Origin: a virus
Direction: 5' to 3' (one strand)
Length of the DNA stretch: 64,000 bases
Virus record (IMG/VR): IMGVR_UViG_3300021093_003813
Coordinates: 36,968 to 100,967 of that record
Shown: positions 54,295 to 62,805 of the stretch, one piece after another
How positions within the stretch are numbered: position 1 is the stretch's first letter
How the letters are laid out: every line of letters begins with the position of its first letter
Notes under the pieces: generated by a model
Databases searched by the model: none
What the model was told of the DNA's origin: nothing
The model's input: the letters and a program-made list of their open reading frames with translations, nothing else
Position numbers and translations under genes: made by a program

Positions 54295-55788
54295 TTAATC
54301 CTCGTATAGAAAAGTATTATGCACGTCATTTATTAATATCATACACTCTTCAAAAAATTCTCTGTATTCTGGGAAAGTTTCTGAGAAATTTGTTCCTCTT
54401 CTCTTGTCGTATTCCAATACATATTCTGCAAATTGTTTACGCAACAAATTTCTTTTCTTGTTATCAATGTTTTTCATCTCATCACGGACAACATAATAAA
54501 GACGCTCCATCCTGTTCATCTCATAATCAAAAAATCCCTTGCCACAAAGAGGTGGCCAGTTTAATTGATGTAGATTCAGGTACCCATATGACACAATATC
54601 TTCAATGTACCGAAGGAATGATGCAGGTAATATCCACGGAGCTAAATGTTCAGGCCATCTGACATATGCTATATCCAATGATACTGGATGCTTTCGAATC
54701 GGTTGAATAGTATAGCGATGCTTCATCACAACAATATCTTCCATCATTTTTTTAAATGATGGTAAACTAAAAATGTTAAAAGCAGCCATAATGGTTAAAT
54801 GGCTATTAGGAATCTCACCTAATACACGATGACAGTTGCTTATCCACTTCTTATAATTAATACCGAAACGTACATACTCGGATTGTTTGCCATGGGCTTC
54901 GTTACTAGTGTACACTTTAAACACTTTAACGGCCTGTTTGTCCTGAATAATCTTCATCTTCTCAATGAATTTATTAATAACCTCATCAGGCGCACCTAAG
55001 TTGCTATTGATATCCAATTCCAGCTCGGGTTGTGGATTCTCTATAATGTAATCTAGAACACGGAAGGTGTGCTTAGACAATAGAGGTTCTCCTCCTGTGA
55101 TTCTGAATACTTTCAAGCTCTTGATTAATTCAGGCCACCATTCCCAAAATGCGTCAATATAGGGATTTTCTTCTGATTGAGGAATAGGAAGAATTCTATT
55201 CTCCTTTAACCATTCTAGGTCATGAAGAATATTATGTGTGAGCTTATAGGGCCCATGCTGTTTTATTTCTTGCTGCCAGGTTGTTGAATATGACGGCGTG
55301 CAATAGGCACATTTGAAATTGCACGTGGTATCAAAGTCTACTTCCAGATATGTGGGATTGATGTCTCCTGTATACCCTGCTTCTTTAATTTTTTCTAAGT
55401 AGGGCAATGACCAAGTTTCTGCACTTTTGGTTACGCGGTCACTGAAAATTGTGCCTTCATTGCTGTTTTTACTTGAATCTTCAGCACGCCAGCAATAATC
55501 ACATTCTTTAGGGCGTTTACCCTCAAGCATCAATTTTCTTTGGCTCTTTTTATAGCTTGTATTGTGTAGAGCCTTTGGATTGTTCTTGATTTCTTCAACT
55601 TCAATTTTATGTGGAGGAGGATGGTGGCAACTATGTGAAGTCCCTGTGCCTAGATGCAAAGTTACCTGACTCCACTTTGCAAGACACATACTATCACTCA
55701 CCTCATTCAATACTCTTTGTGTTTCTTGAAACCTGGGCACATTGTTGGAAGAATCAAAGAATTTTTCATCATATATCGGCAGCTTCAT
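54295..55788 (-). CDS. radical SAM protein with N-terminal Cys-rich (twitch-like) domain
   Basis: MCLAKW...SCHHP, PKECDYCW, CNFKCAYC, TGGEP; tandem paralogue of 52849-54294. Confidence 0.9.
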   Translation of the reverse strand: MKLPIYDEKFFDSSNNVPRFQETQRVLNEVSDSMCLAKWSQVTLHLGTGTSHSCHHPPPHKIEVEEIKNNPKALHNTSYKKSQRKLMLEGKRPKECDYCWRAEDSSKNSNEGTIFSDRVTKSAETWSLPYLEKIKEAGYTGDINPTYLEVDFDTTCNFKCAYCTPSYSTTWQQEIKQHGPYKLTHNILHDLEWLKENRILPIPQSEENPYIDAFWEWWPELIKSLKVFRITGGEPLLSKHTFRVLDYIIENPQPELELDINSNLGAPDEVINKFIEKMKIIQDKQAVKVFKVYTSNEAHGKQSEYVRFGINYKKWISNCHRVLGEIPNSHLTIMAAFNIFSLPSFKKMMEDIVVMKHRYTIQPIRKHPVSLDIAYVRWPEHLAPWILPASFLRYIEDIVSYGYLNLHQLNWPPLCGKGFFDYEMNRMERLYYVVRDEMKNIDNKKRNLLRKQFAEYVLEYDKRRGTNFSETFPEYREFFEECMILINDVHNTFLYED

Positions 55789-56467
55789 TTTTATACCCTA
55801 TAATCATATATCGTGTGAAAGTTTCGCAATCTAGTTCTCCTTCCCAAAGTATTTTTTGCAAAGGATTTTGTTTTTTGAAATCTTCTAGACTCGTTGCAAT
55901 GCGCACATGCTCAGGAATATCTAAATTATTACCCTGCAGCACTATTGGAACATCATCTGGAACATTGCTCAACCACCGATTAAAAACATCAGTGGCTATA
56001 TGCTCAACACTAGTATTTATTATCAGTCTAGGAGAAGAATACACAAAGACCTTATGTAACCCATAATGTAACCCATAGCTCTTCTCAGTATTGGTGTAAT
56101 TATCAAAAGTAAAATCTTCCATGGCCGATGTAACAAATTCTATCTTTAGACTTGTTTCTTGTTGGTCTAGTTCTTCACCAAATATCTTGCATGAACAGTC
56201 TGCATCTATGCTGTACACCTTTCTGAATCCACAGTTATCAGCTAACATGGACGCCATGACACCATACCAGCCGCCAAAAACATAAGCATCTCCGCCGCTG
56301 GTAATATTCAGTTCTTTCAACATGGTTATTATCCAAGCTTTACTCTTAATTTGGCTTTCCCAAAAATTTTCTAGTATTCTGTATTGAGTTTCGCCTGTAT
56401 GATGGCGTAAAGCGTTCATCCATGCAATGACCCTTGCAGAGGGTATCAAAACTTTAGTTGGCATCAT
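55769..56467 (-). CDS. class I SAM-dependent methyltransferase-like protein
   Basis: FW.SQ..SK.W, VFGGWYG (motif I), SIDAD (motif II), INTS.EH. Confidence 0.75.
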   Translation of the reverse strand: MMPTKVLIPSARVIAWMNALRHHTGETQYRILENFWESQIKSKAWIITMLKELNITSGGDAYVFGGWYGVMASMLADNCGFRKVYSIDADCSCKIFGEELDQQETSLKIEFVTSAMEDFTFDNYTNTEKSYGLHYGLHKVFVYSSPRLIINTSVEHIATDVFNRWLSNVPDDVPIVLQGNNLDIPEHVRIATSLEDFKKQNPLQKILWEGELDCETFTRYMIIGYKNEAADI

Positions 56468-57345
56468 AATTGTTTTTCCAAGAATGGTATAAGGACATCT
56501 TCACACCATAACTTAGCTCCGATAGCTCCGGGATGAAACCCATCTTTATTAAAGATATCTCTACCTGCGTCCAATTTTTTTCTCTCATCGTGGGTTAGTT
56601 CACCTGCGCCTTGTCTACTAACTGACAAATACTTATGCAGGTATTCAAACATTCCTTCGGTTATCATGTTCTTGTCTAATTGCTGAAATAAGTAACCTAT
56701 AATTTGATGCTGTTGGTTGTCTACAAAATCTTGATATACATGGTCCATGAAAAACTGATTTACAAGCTGTATTCCATGCAACTTACAAAAATTCTGTAGC
56801 ATGACAATGTTTTCTAGAGAAATATGAACCTTTCCCACGCCCGAATTCATCCACCCATCTAAGTCATAATGTTGCTGCACAAATTCCATCTGGCAATCGC
56901 TCCCATTGACGGTATAATACCACCCTCCGTCTGGGTTATACACAAAATCATCGCCATATGCAGTTTTAAAATATGCAGGAATCTCTGGTCCTTGATTTTT
57001 TAGGTCGAGGAATTGATTGCACATTCCTCCCTTGAAATTAGGCCAGAGTTTCACCATTCTTTCTATGATTTTTGAGTTGTCAATGTACCATGCCTTGCGA
57101 AACGTCCCGCTCCACATAACTGCCACTAAAATTTCATCTGATTTATACCCAGCATTCAATGCTTCAGTTATTGCTAACATCACCTTCTTCTGAATCAATT
57201 CTTGCCCTTGACTATTGTAACCAGTATGGTTGTAACTCATAGTCGGATTCACTTTTTGGAGATATTGTGTTAAATATCCCTTCCAGTTGGTATCATCTGT
57301 GAAGGTACTAAAACTACAACCTCCAGTTATCAAGTGTTTTATCAT
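56464..57345 (-). CDS. SGNH-hydrolase-like protein
   Basis: GGCSFS, VMWSG, DGFHP. Confidence 0.6.
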   Translation of the reverse strand: MIKHLITGGCSFSTFTDDTNWKGYLTQYLQKVNPTMSYNHTGYNSQGQELIQKKVMLAITEALNAGYKSDEILVAVMWSGTFRKAWYIDNSKIIERMVKLWPNFKGGMCNQFLDLKNQGPEIPAYFKTAYGDDFVYNPDGGWYYTVNGSDCQMEFVQQHYDLDGWMNSGVGKVHISLENIVMLQNFCKLHGIQLVNQFFMDHVYQDFVDNQQHQIIGYLFQQLDKNMITEGMFEYLHKYLSVSRQGAGELTHDERKKLDAGRDIFNKDGFHPGAIGAKLWCEDVLIPFLEKQL

Positions 57346-57347
57346 AA

Positions 57348-57458
57348 TCAGTTGTAGATGAATGGGTCCCGTTTCTTCAAATCTTGTAATTTTCTTTTGG
57401 TTTTATAGGCCATTAATTTTTTTAACAAGAAGTCTACGATTTTGTCTAGAATTTTCAT
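57348..57458 (-). CDS. 36-aa peptide ending KKRDPFIYN
   Basis: Hand-translated MKILDKIVDFLLKKLMAYKTKRKLQDLKKRDPFIYN; fills the gap between guaC and the SGNH-like gene. Confidence 0.65.
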   Translation of the reverse strand: MKILDKIVDFLLKKLMAYKTKRKLQDLKKRDPFIYN

Positions 57459-57460
57459 TA

Positions 57461-58477
57461 TCACACCGTGTATTGCTCTAAAGAGCGGTTAAGGACGTTG
57501 TTAACTTGAATGAATTTTGCTTTTTGTGTCAATTCAGAAATATTTAGTGCCCCTACATAGGCACAAGTTGAACGAATTCCACCTAAAATGTCAGACATGG
57601 TGTGTTCCACCAAGCCTTTGTAAGGAATTTGCACCACTCTTCCCTCAGAAGCACGATAATTTTTCACTTGGTTGTGACGTTGTTGGGCTGCATGACTGCT
57701 CATCCCGTAAAAAGTCACCTTTCCATCACGAATTTCTTGTTCTGACTCATCATGACCCGCAAAAACACTGCCGGCCATCACCATTTTAGCGCCTGCAGCC
57801 AAAGCTTTTGAAAAATCTCCGGGAAAAACACATCCTCCATCACTTTGCACACCACCTCCCACTGATTCTGCGGCAGGAACACACTCTTGCAAGGCGGAAA
57901 ATTGTGGATAACCCACACCTGTTACACGTCGAGTGGTGCAAACAGCGCCGGTCCCGATGCCCACACGGGCTAAATCAGCACCGGACATGATGCACCGTTC
58001 AACTGCTTCAGGTGTCACCACGGTTCCTGCCATGATGAAGGCATCAGGAATGTAATTTCTCACCTTGGAAATGAAATCATAGAAGGAATTCATGTATCCA
58101 TTTGCCACATCAATGACAATTTTAGGGGTGAAGCCATCAATTTTGTTCTTCCATGCCTTCACAACATCAAAGGCCATCTCCATTTCATCATCATTCATTC
58201 CTATAGTGATGAAAGCATGGCTGACATCATGTTGATGCACCCAATCTGCCAGTGTATGATGTTTAGTAATGGCTGTGAAGGCATTGAATTTCTTCAAAGC
58301 ATGATGCATGCTGAAGGTTCCCACACCATCCATGTTGGCAGCAATGATGGGAACACCAGAAATTCTGGCGCCCCATTTGCCTTGGATGTTGGTTTCCACT
58401 TTTACTTGTTGTCGTGAAGTGATGTCAGAGAATTGTGGGACAATCAACACATCATCGAAATCCAGCTTCGCCGTCAT
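57461..58477 (-). CDS. guaC: GMP reductase
   Basis: KLDF.DVLI.P, SR..V, PIIAANMD.VGT, IDVANGY, GIG.G.VCTTR..TGVGYPQ.SA, FYGMSS, YRASEG. Confidence 0.95.
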   Translation of the reverse strand: MTAKLDFDDVLIVPQFSDITSRQQVKVETNIQGKWGARISGVPIIAANMDGVGTFSMHHALKKFNAFTAITKHHTLADWVHQHDVSHAFITIGMNDDEMEMAFDVVKAWKNKIDGFTPKIVIDVANGYMNSFYDFISKVRNYIPDAFIMAGTVVTPEAVERCIMSGADLARVGIGTGAVCTTRRVTGVGYPQFSALQECVPAAESVGGGVQSDGGCVFPGDFSKALAAGAKMVMAGSVFAGHDESEQEIRDGKVTFYGMSSHAAQQRHNQVKNYRASEGRVVQIPYKGLVEHTMSDILGGIRSTCAYVGALNISELTQKAKFIQVNNVLNRSLEQYTV

Positions 58478-58479
58478 GA

Positions 58480-58740
58480 TTACACCTTCTTGGTTACCGT
58501 TTCATACAAAGATTCAAAATCCTTGTGTAGCTCCACCTCTTCATTGTAATTACCCTTGTGATAGGTCTTGGCCAACTTGTTCAACACCTTACGGTTCAGT
58601 TGTAAATCATCACACACATCCTTCTTCACATTCTTAATCAAATCACGTTCTGCTTCCATGCGAGTCATGCTGGAAGAAATTTCCTTGAGCGCATCAAGGA
58701 GTTTTAGCTTGTCGGCTGGTGTCGTAGGTAAAGGCGTCAT
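58480..58740 (-). CDS. T4 DsbA-like dsDNA-binding protein
   Basis: EIS.SMTR.EAERD.IK, KLAKTYHK..Y.EE....FE.LYE; ATG 58740 with GGAGA SD. Confidence 0.7.
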   Translation of the reverse strand: MTPLPTTPADKLKLLDALKEISSSMTRMEAERDLIKNVKKDVCDDLQLNRKVLNKLAKTYHKGNYNEEVELHKDFESLYETVTKKV

Positions 58741-59224
58741 ACAATCTCCATAATTCAAAGTGTTCACCTGGGTCTTTTTTACGTTTCTTAGGATAGGCAA
58801 TGTCGGAATGACCCAGGATGGGTTTGTCCCGACTATCCGGATACCGCATATTAATGTAATTCTTCAACAATGTCAAGGCTTGATATTGTGCATCTGTGTA
58901 TCCCAACAGATTGGTGCCTTGCAAACAAATACCAATACTAAAATCATTCCAATCTCGTATACCTTGCCATAAACTCACACCCGCATGAAATGCCACATAT
59001 TTCAAATCCTTCCATTGATGTATCACACCATCTCGGGCAATGAAATAATGGTATGCCAATCTTCTTCTTTGCAACACATACCGTGTGGATCGTGCATTCA
59101 ATCCAGCTCCATCATTGTGTATCACAATGTAATTACGAGTGGTGTCCCGTAATATTTTACCCGGCAAGAAATTCTTTATTACCGGTGGTGCCAGAAGTTG
59201 TAGTGTTAGTGCCAGTGTTAGCAT
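58694..59224 (-). CDS. N-acetylmuramoyl-L-alanine amidase (Amidase_2)
   Basis: YIVIH, YHYFI..DG, A.HAG, N..SIGI, GHSDIA...K.DPG; hydrophobic N-terminus; ATG 59224 with AAGGAG SD. Confidence 0.9.
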   Translation of the reverse strand: MLTLALTLQLLAPPVIKNFLPGKILRDTTRNYIVIHNDGAGLNARSTRYVLQRRRLAYHYFIARDGVIHQWKDLKYVAFHAGVSLWQGIRDWNDFSIGICLQGTNLLGYTDAQYQALTLLKNYINMRYPDSRDKPILGHSDIAYPKKRKKDPGEHFELWRLYDAFTYDTSRQAKTP

Positions 59225-59414
59225 GTATGTTCTCCTTGTCAGGTACAATTAACCATGCTATAACATATCCCACCACAGCAGGAAGGGGTGACCAGATGGA
59301 TATGAACCACAAGAAACGAATCAGAGTCACATCTACGTTCAACATTTCACTCAACCCTGCACATACTCCTCCCAATCTTCCTTCTTTGCTGATGCGATAC
59401 CAGCGTTGTGTCAT
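59157..59414 (-). CDS. PspC-domain membrane protein
   Basis: R......LGGVCAGL.E...VD.TLIR...Y.IAWLIVP. Confidence 0.9.
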   Translation of the reverse strand: MTQRWYRISKEGRLGGVCAGLSEMLNVDVTLIRFLWFISIWSPLPAVVGYVIAWLIVPDKENIHANTGTNTTTSGTTGNKEFLAG

Positions 59415-60307
59415 GCTACCTCCAGGTATTTGAAATAGGCCAACTCTTTGCCCTTGGCCTCCAAATCAACATCTATATTTAGACCGAAATCATCAATCTT
59501 GCAGAAAGTGTAATCAGAATGTGCGCGAGGATTGCCACCTACATTTTCATTCAGATTCCTGCTTTCACTGTAATGAAACAAAGGCGTGGTGTCCCATGTG
59601 GATGCTGCCAGTTCAGCTGCCTGCTGTGAGGACAACCCATCAGTGTGAAATGTGTGATGAAAATAATCAAATGTGATGGGTGTTTTGATATGAGTATAGA
59701 TGTCCTGGTACAACTGCTTTACTGAGAAGGAATTGGCCTTGTCATCATTCTCCACCACCAACCGCTGTTGTGTGGAAGTGTTCAAGTTCTGAAATTGTTC
59801 ACAAAACTTGCTCGCCACATCCTGCGAATAGTTCATGCCTACATGAATGTTCAAGGGATAATAATGACCACCAGGAATTCCCATCATCTGGTACAGTAAG
59901 TTGTGATGATGTAAATTCTTGATGCTGCGTTGCAACACCAAAGGCTTGTTGGATGCCAGTTTCACAAAATGGTCAGGATGAAAACTCACACGCATACCAC
60001 TTGCCATGATGATTTCACCTGCCTCACGCAATGCCAACAGGATCTGCTGATAATCTGGCAGGTCTGTTTCATGATATTCTTCAAACCAAGGAAAGATGTT
60101 GCTGCCAATCCGAAACACACGAATGTTGTTGGTAACATTCCATTTCAGAATGGTCACCAGGTCTTGGGCATTCTGCAAAGTAAGCAAGGACGTCCGTTCC
60201 AGTTTTGTGTCCTGACGGAACGAAGCCTGACGTAACGTCCTGCCTGTGGTGATTTTCTGTTTGCCCAGTGTCAGATTGATACAGCAGTACCCAACTTGAT
60301 GTGGCAT
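59411..60307 (-). CDS. uvsE: UV damage endonuclease
   Basis: GYCCIN, I.VFR..S..FPW, R.SFHP..F..L.S, NIHVG, ENDD, FD..HH, HYSES, AHSDY, EAK.KE. Confidence 0.95.
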   Translation of the reverse strand: MPHQVGYCCINLTLGKQKITTGRTLRQASFRQDTKLERTSLLTLQNAQDLVTILKWNVTNNIRVFRIGSNIFPWFEEYHETDLPDYQQILLALREAGEIIMASGMRVSFHPDHFVKLASNKPLVLQRSIKNLHHHNLLYQMMGIPGGHYYPLNIHVGMNYSQDVASKFCEQFQNLNTSTQQRLVVENDDKANSFSVKQLYQDIYTHIKTPITFDYFHHTFHTDGLSSQQAAELAASTWDTTPLFHYSESRNLNENVGGNPRAHSDYTFCKIDDFGLNIDVDLEAKGKELAYFKYLEVA

Positions 60308-60332
60308 AACACCTCACTTGAAGTCATACTGT

Positions 60333-60361
60333 AATATAACACTTTGTTACGTGGATGTCAA
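60333..60361 (-). promoter_or_regulatory. sigma70-type early promoter (uvsE operon)
   Basis: TTGACA-17 nt-TATATT with extended TG. Confidence 0.7.
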
Positions 60362-60904
60362 GTCCTGAATATCACATTTTTCAAAAGCCCAGGCGCGTTC
60401 TCGACACTGCCAACATCTACCACAACGTCCCAAGGATTGTTCGGTGCAAGTATGAGTTAATGGTAACAAATCCATGATATCATGTTTCAGATACAATTTA
60501 AGAATGTCAATTTTCGTCATATGAAAAAATGGATATCTGGCTTTTTCACTGGACATTTTAATTCTTTTTGGCCCATCAGGTAGTTCATGTTCTGGATAAC
60601 TATTATCACCAATGTAAAAATAATCACATAGATTATGTCGAATCACCCGATTTATGGCATCACCTAGAATACGCTGATGTGGCAGGTCAGGGTCACCTAG
60701 TATGATGGGTGTGTGAATACAACATTCAGTTTTACTGGTCACCCAATCAATGATGGGTTGTACATAAGTGGCGGCACCATCATGCTTCGGAACTGTGAAA
60801 GTTTGAATACATGATGGTGTTTGTTGGGCCACAAGATATAAAAGCAATGCACTATCCATGCCACCAGATAGAAAAACACCTATTCTATGTTCTGTGATGT
60901 TCAT
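60347..60904 (-). CDS. QueC-like PP-loop ATPase (second copy)
   Basis: SGGMDS; PF....K..I; THTC......CG.CWQC.ER.WAF. Confidence 0.75.
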   Translation of the reverse strand: MNITEHRIGVFLSGGMDSALLLYLVAQQTPSCIQTFTVPKHDGAATYVQPIIDWVTSKTECCIHTPIILGDPDLPHQRILGDAINRVIRHNLCDYFYIGDNSYPEHELPDGPKRIKMSSEKARYPFFHMTKIDILKLYLKHDIMDLLPLTHTCTEQSLGRCGRCWQCRERAWAFEKCDIQDLTST

Positions 60905-60993
60905 CTCTTATGGCGATTTGACCTGGCTTTTCTTTTTTTGCTACCAATTTTTCTACGGCCACGGCGTGGGCGGTTCTTATGCGGATGTGGCAT
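60901..60993 (-). CDS. 30-aa highly basic peptide
   Basis: MPHPHKNRPRRGRRKIGSKKRKARSNRHKR; AAGGAG SD; ATGA overlap with the next gene. Confidence 0.7.
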   Translation of the reverse strand: MPHPHKNRPRRGRRKIGSKKRKARSNRHKR

Positions 60994-61031
60994 GATTCAC
61001 TCCTTGACGGGTGGCTTGTTCTTTCAGAGCC

Positions 61032-61244
61032 TCAACATGCTGTCCACTCAATTCTGTAGCCATCTTCATCCACTCTGGGAAATTCTGTGATGTCAACTTC
61101 ACTTCGTTTGGGTGCATCATATAATCCTATCTCCTGTGAAAATGCAGTTAATTCATTTGCTGATTTATATGTATCTGTGTTCGGTAATCCACTGTACTCA
61201 CACATTTGTTCTTTCTTTACAAACGCATCTTCTTTATCGTTCAT
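61032..61244 (-). CDS. hypothetical protein
   Basis: ORF from ATG 61244 (MNDKEDAF...CEYSGLP...). Confidence 0.55.
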   Translation of the reverse strand: MNDKEDAFVKKEQMCEYSGLPNTDTYKSANELTAFSQEIGLYDAPKRSEVDITEFPRVDEDGYRIEWTAC

Positions 61245-61854
61245 ATAAACTCTCGAATTTATGGTTGAAATCATTTACATCTTGTAACATTTCTTCATCT
61301 GAATACTTGGGAGGGTGATACTTATATCTACTTTTCACATATGGCAGATGTAATGTTTCCAAAACATATTCTGGACGTAACAACACATCTTCATCAAAAA
61401 AAGAATAATCACATTGATGTTCAAACTCCATGTGCTTTCTGTAAAATGTCAATCTTTCAGCAATCTCACCTTCTGTGACCACTAATGTTCCCACATAGGG
61501 ATTTCTGGCTTCTTTGTTGGCAAAAGAATCAGTTTTCTTGGCCACAAGAGCTTTCAACACTTGTTTTCTGACATCTTTGGGTTTCAAAAAAATTGTTTTG
61601 AATCTTTTTGTTTCAATGATACTTTCCACCATGGAAAAATTTTGATTGGATATAACTTTGAACAACGTAATAAAATCACCTTGCATTATATCATGGTATT
61701 TCTTTTCAATCTGTTCCGGTGTGTTATATCGTGGATTGAACATAGAGTGCGAGGATAATGCACGATATTTTACATCCTGCAGCACCAATGGAGCTTGAAT
61801 AAGATGCCATAGATTGGTGGAAGCAGTTCTGGGTAAAGAAATGATGCAATACAT
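61234..61854 (-). CDS. sulfotransferase-like P-loop protein
   Basis: IISLPRTAST (5'-PSB-like) at the N-terminus; TAATG coupling at 61854. Confidence 0.55.
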   Translation of the reverse strand: MYCIISLPRTASTNLWHLIQAPLVLQDVKYRALSSHSMFNPRYNTPEQIEKKYHDIMQGDFITLFKVISNQNFSMVESIIETKRFKTIFLKPKDVRKQVLKALVAKKTDSFANKEARNPYVGTLVVTEGEIAERLTFYRKHMEFEHQCDYSFFDEDVLLRPEYVLETLHLPYVKSRYKYHPPKYSDEEMLQDVNDFNHKFESLYER

Positions 61855-62036
61855 TACATCTTCTTCATAAAATTGTTCCAACTGACATCAAAAACAAAGT
61901 ACAGAAATGTTTTGCCAATGAAATCCAAGGCTGAAATTCCCAAGCTGAGTTGTAGGCTTCCTGTCACAGCAAAAGAAATCAGAAATGTCACAATCACAGA
62001 AAAAAAGCGATAGATGACTGCCTTGGCAAACAACAC
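61854..62036 (-). CDS. DUF2061-family small membrane protein (start uncertain)
   Basis: AKA.IYR....VT......TG....LGI.......KT.LYF.FD..W; GTG 62036 assumed as start. Confidence 0.65.
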   Translation of the reverse strand: MLFAKAVIYRFFSVIVTFLISFAVTGSLQLSLGISALDFIGKTFLYFVFDVSWNNFMKKM

Positions 62037-62040
62037 TCGG

Positions 62041-62805
62041 TTACTGAGCCATCTTTTTCCTAATATCAGTCGCAGAAATGCTCTCAGTTTCCGCATCCAG
62101 GTGAATTCTTTCCACTTCATATCCCACGTCCCTCCCATAGTAGACACCGCAGATGTTGGGTGCTTGAATGACGATATATTTATTATGATATTCCTGAAGG
62201 GCTTCATTGATACCTCTCACCACATCTGCATACTGGAATGGATTCTTTTCATCCAACCCATAAGTATCACGAACCATAATCATCACTTGTCCCTGCTTTT
62301 CCAAAATCTTTTCAAATAACTTTTTATGCCCATCATGAAAAGGTTGGAATCTGCCAATCATCAATCCTGTAGGCTTCTGGGATTGAAATGCCACACCCAT
62401 GTTGATTCTCCACATGATGTCCTTGACCTGTTGTTCCACATCTCCCCATGCGGTAACTTCATAATCAGGATATAGGGGGCGTTCAAACACCTTGTTGGTG
62501 TCCTCAAATCGTCCTTCTTGAATGGTGTTCATGAACACCACAAAGTCAGCAGAAAAACGCCGGCGAGTTTGTTCTGTGGGACACACAAAGTCTGCCACCA
62601 CATGCTTCTGGTAATCTTCTGCCACCCAAGCCAGGTCTGCCATGCGTTGGGCTTGGCGAACTCTCCCTTCTTCTGTGAAATCCCAATCATTGTATTGTTT
62701 GCGAACATCATCTGCATTCAAGTAAACAGCATTCAACTTGTCTGCCAACACCTTTGCCAACGTGGACTTGCCTGACCCAGGTAGTCCCATCACTAGAATT
62801 CTCAT
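62041..62805 (-). CDS. adenylylsulfate (APS) kinase fused to a HIGH-motif nucleotidyltransferase
   Basis: GLPGSGKSTLA, NAD.VR, D.DF...GR.RQ, FE.P (CysC-like); GRFQPFHDGH...ISAT.IR (nucleotidyltransferase); ATG 62805 coupled to the purA stop. Confidence 0.85.
   Translation of the reverse strand: MRILVMGLPGSGKSTLAKVLADKLNAVYLNADDVRKQYNDWDFTEEGRVRQAQRMADLAWVAEDYQKHVVADFVCPTEQTRRRFSADFVVFMNTIQEGRFEDTNKVFERPLYPDYEVTAWGDVEQQVKDIMWRINMGVAFQSQKPTGLMIGRFQPFHDGHKKLFEKILEKQGQVMIMVRDTYGLDEKNPFQYADVVRGINEALQEYHNKYIVIQAPNICGVYYGRDVGYEVERIHLDAETESISATDIRKKMAQ

Noticed and set aside
62037-62207. Long N-terminus of the 117-aa ORF overlapping the APS-kinase fusion
   Set aside because: Overlaps a conserved domain in another frame; DUF2061 similarity begins only near 62040
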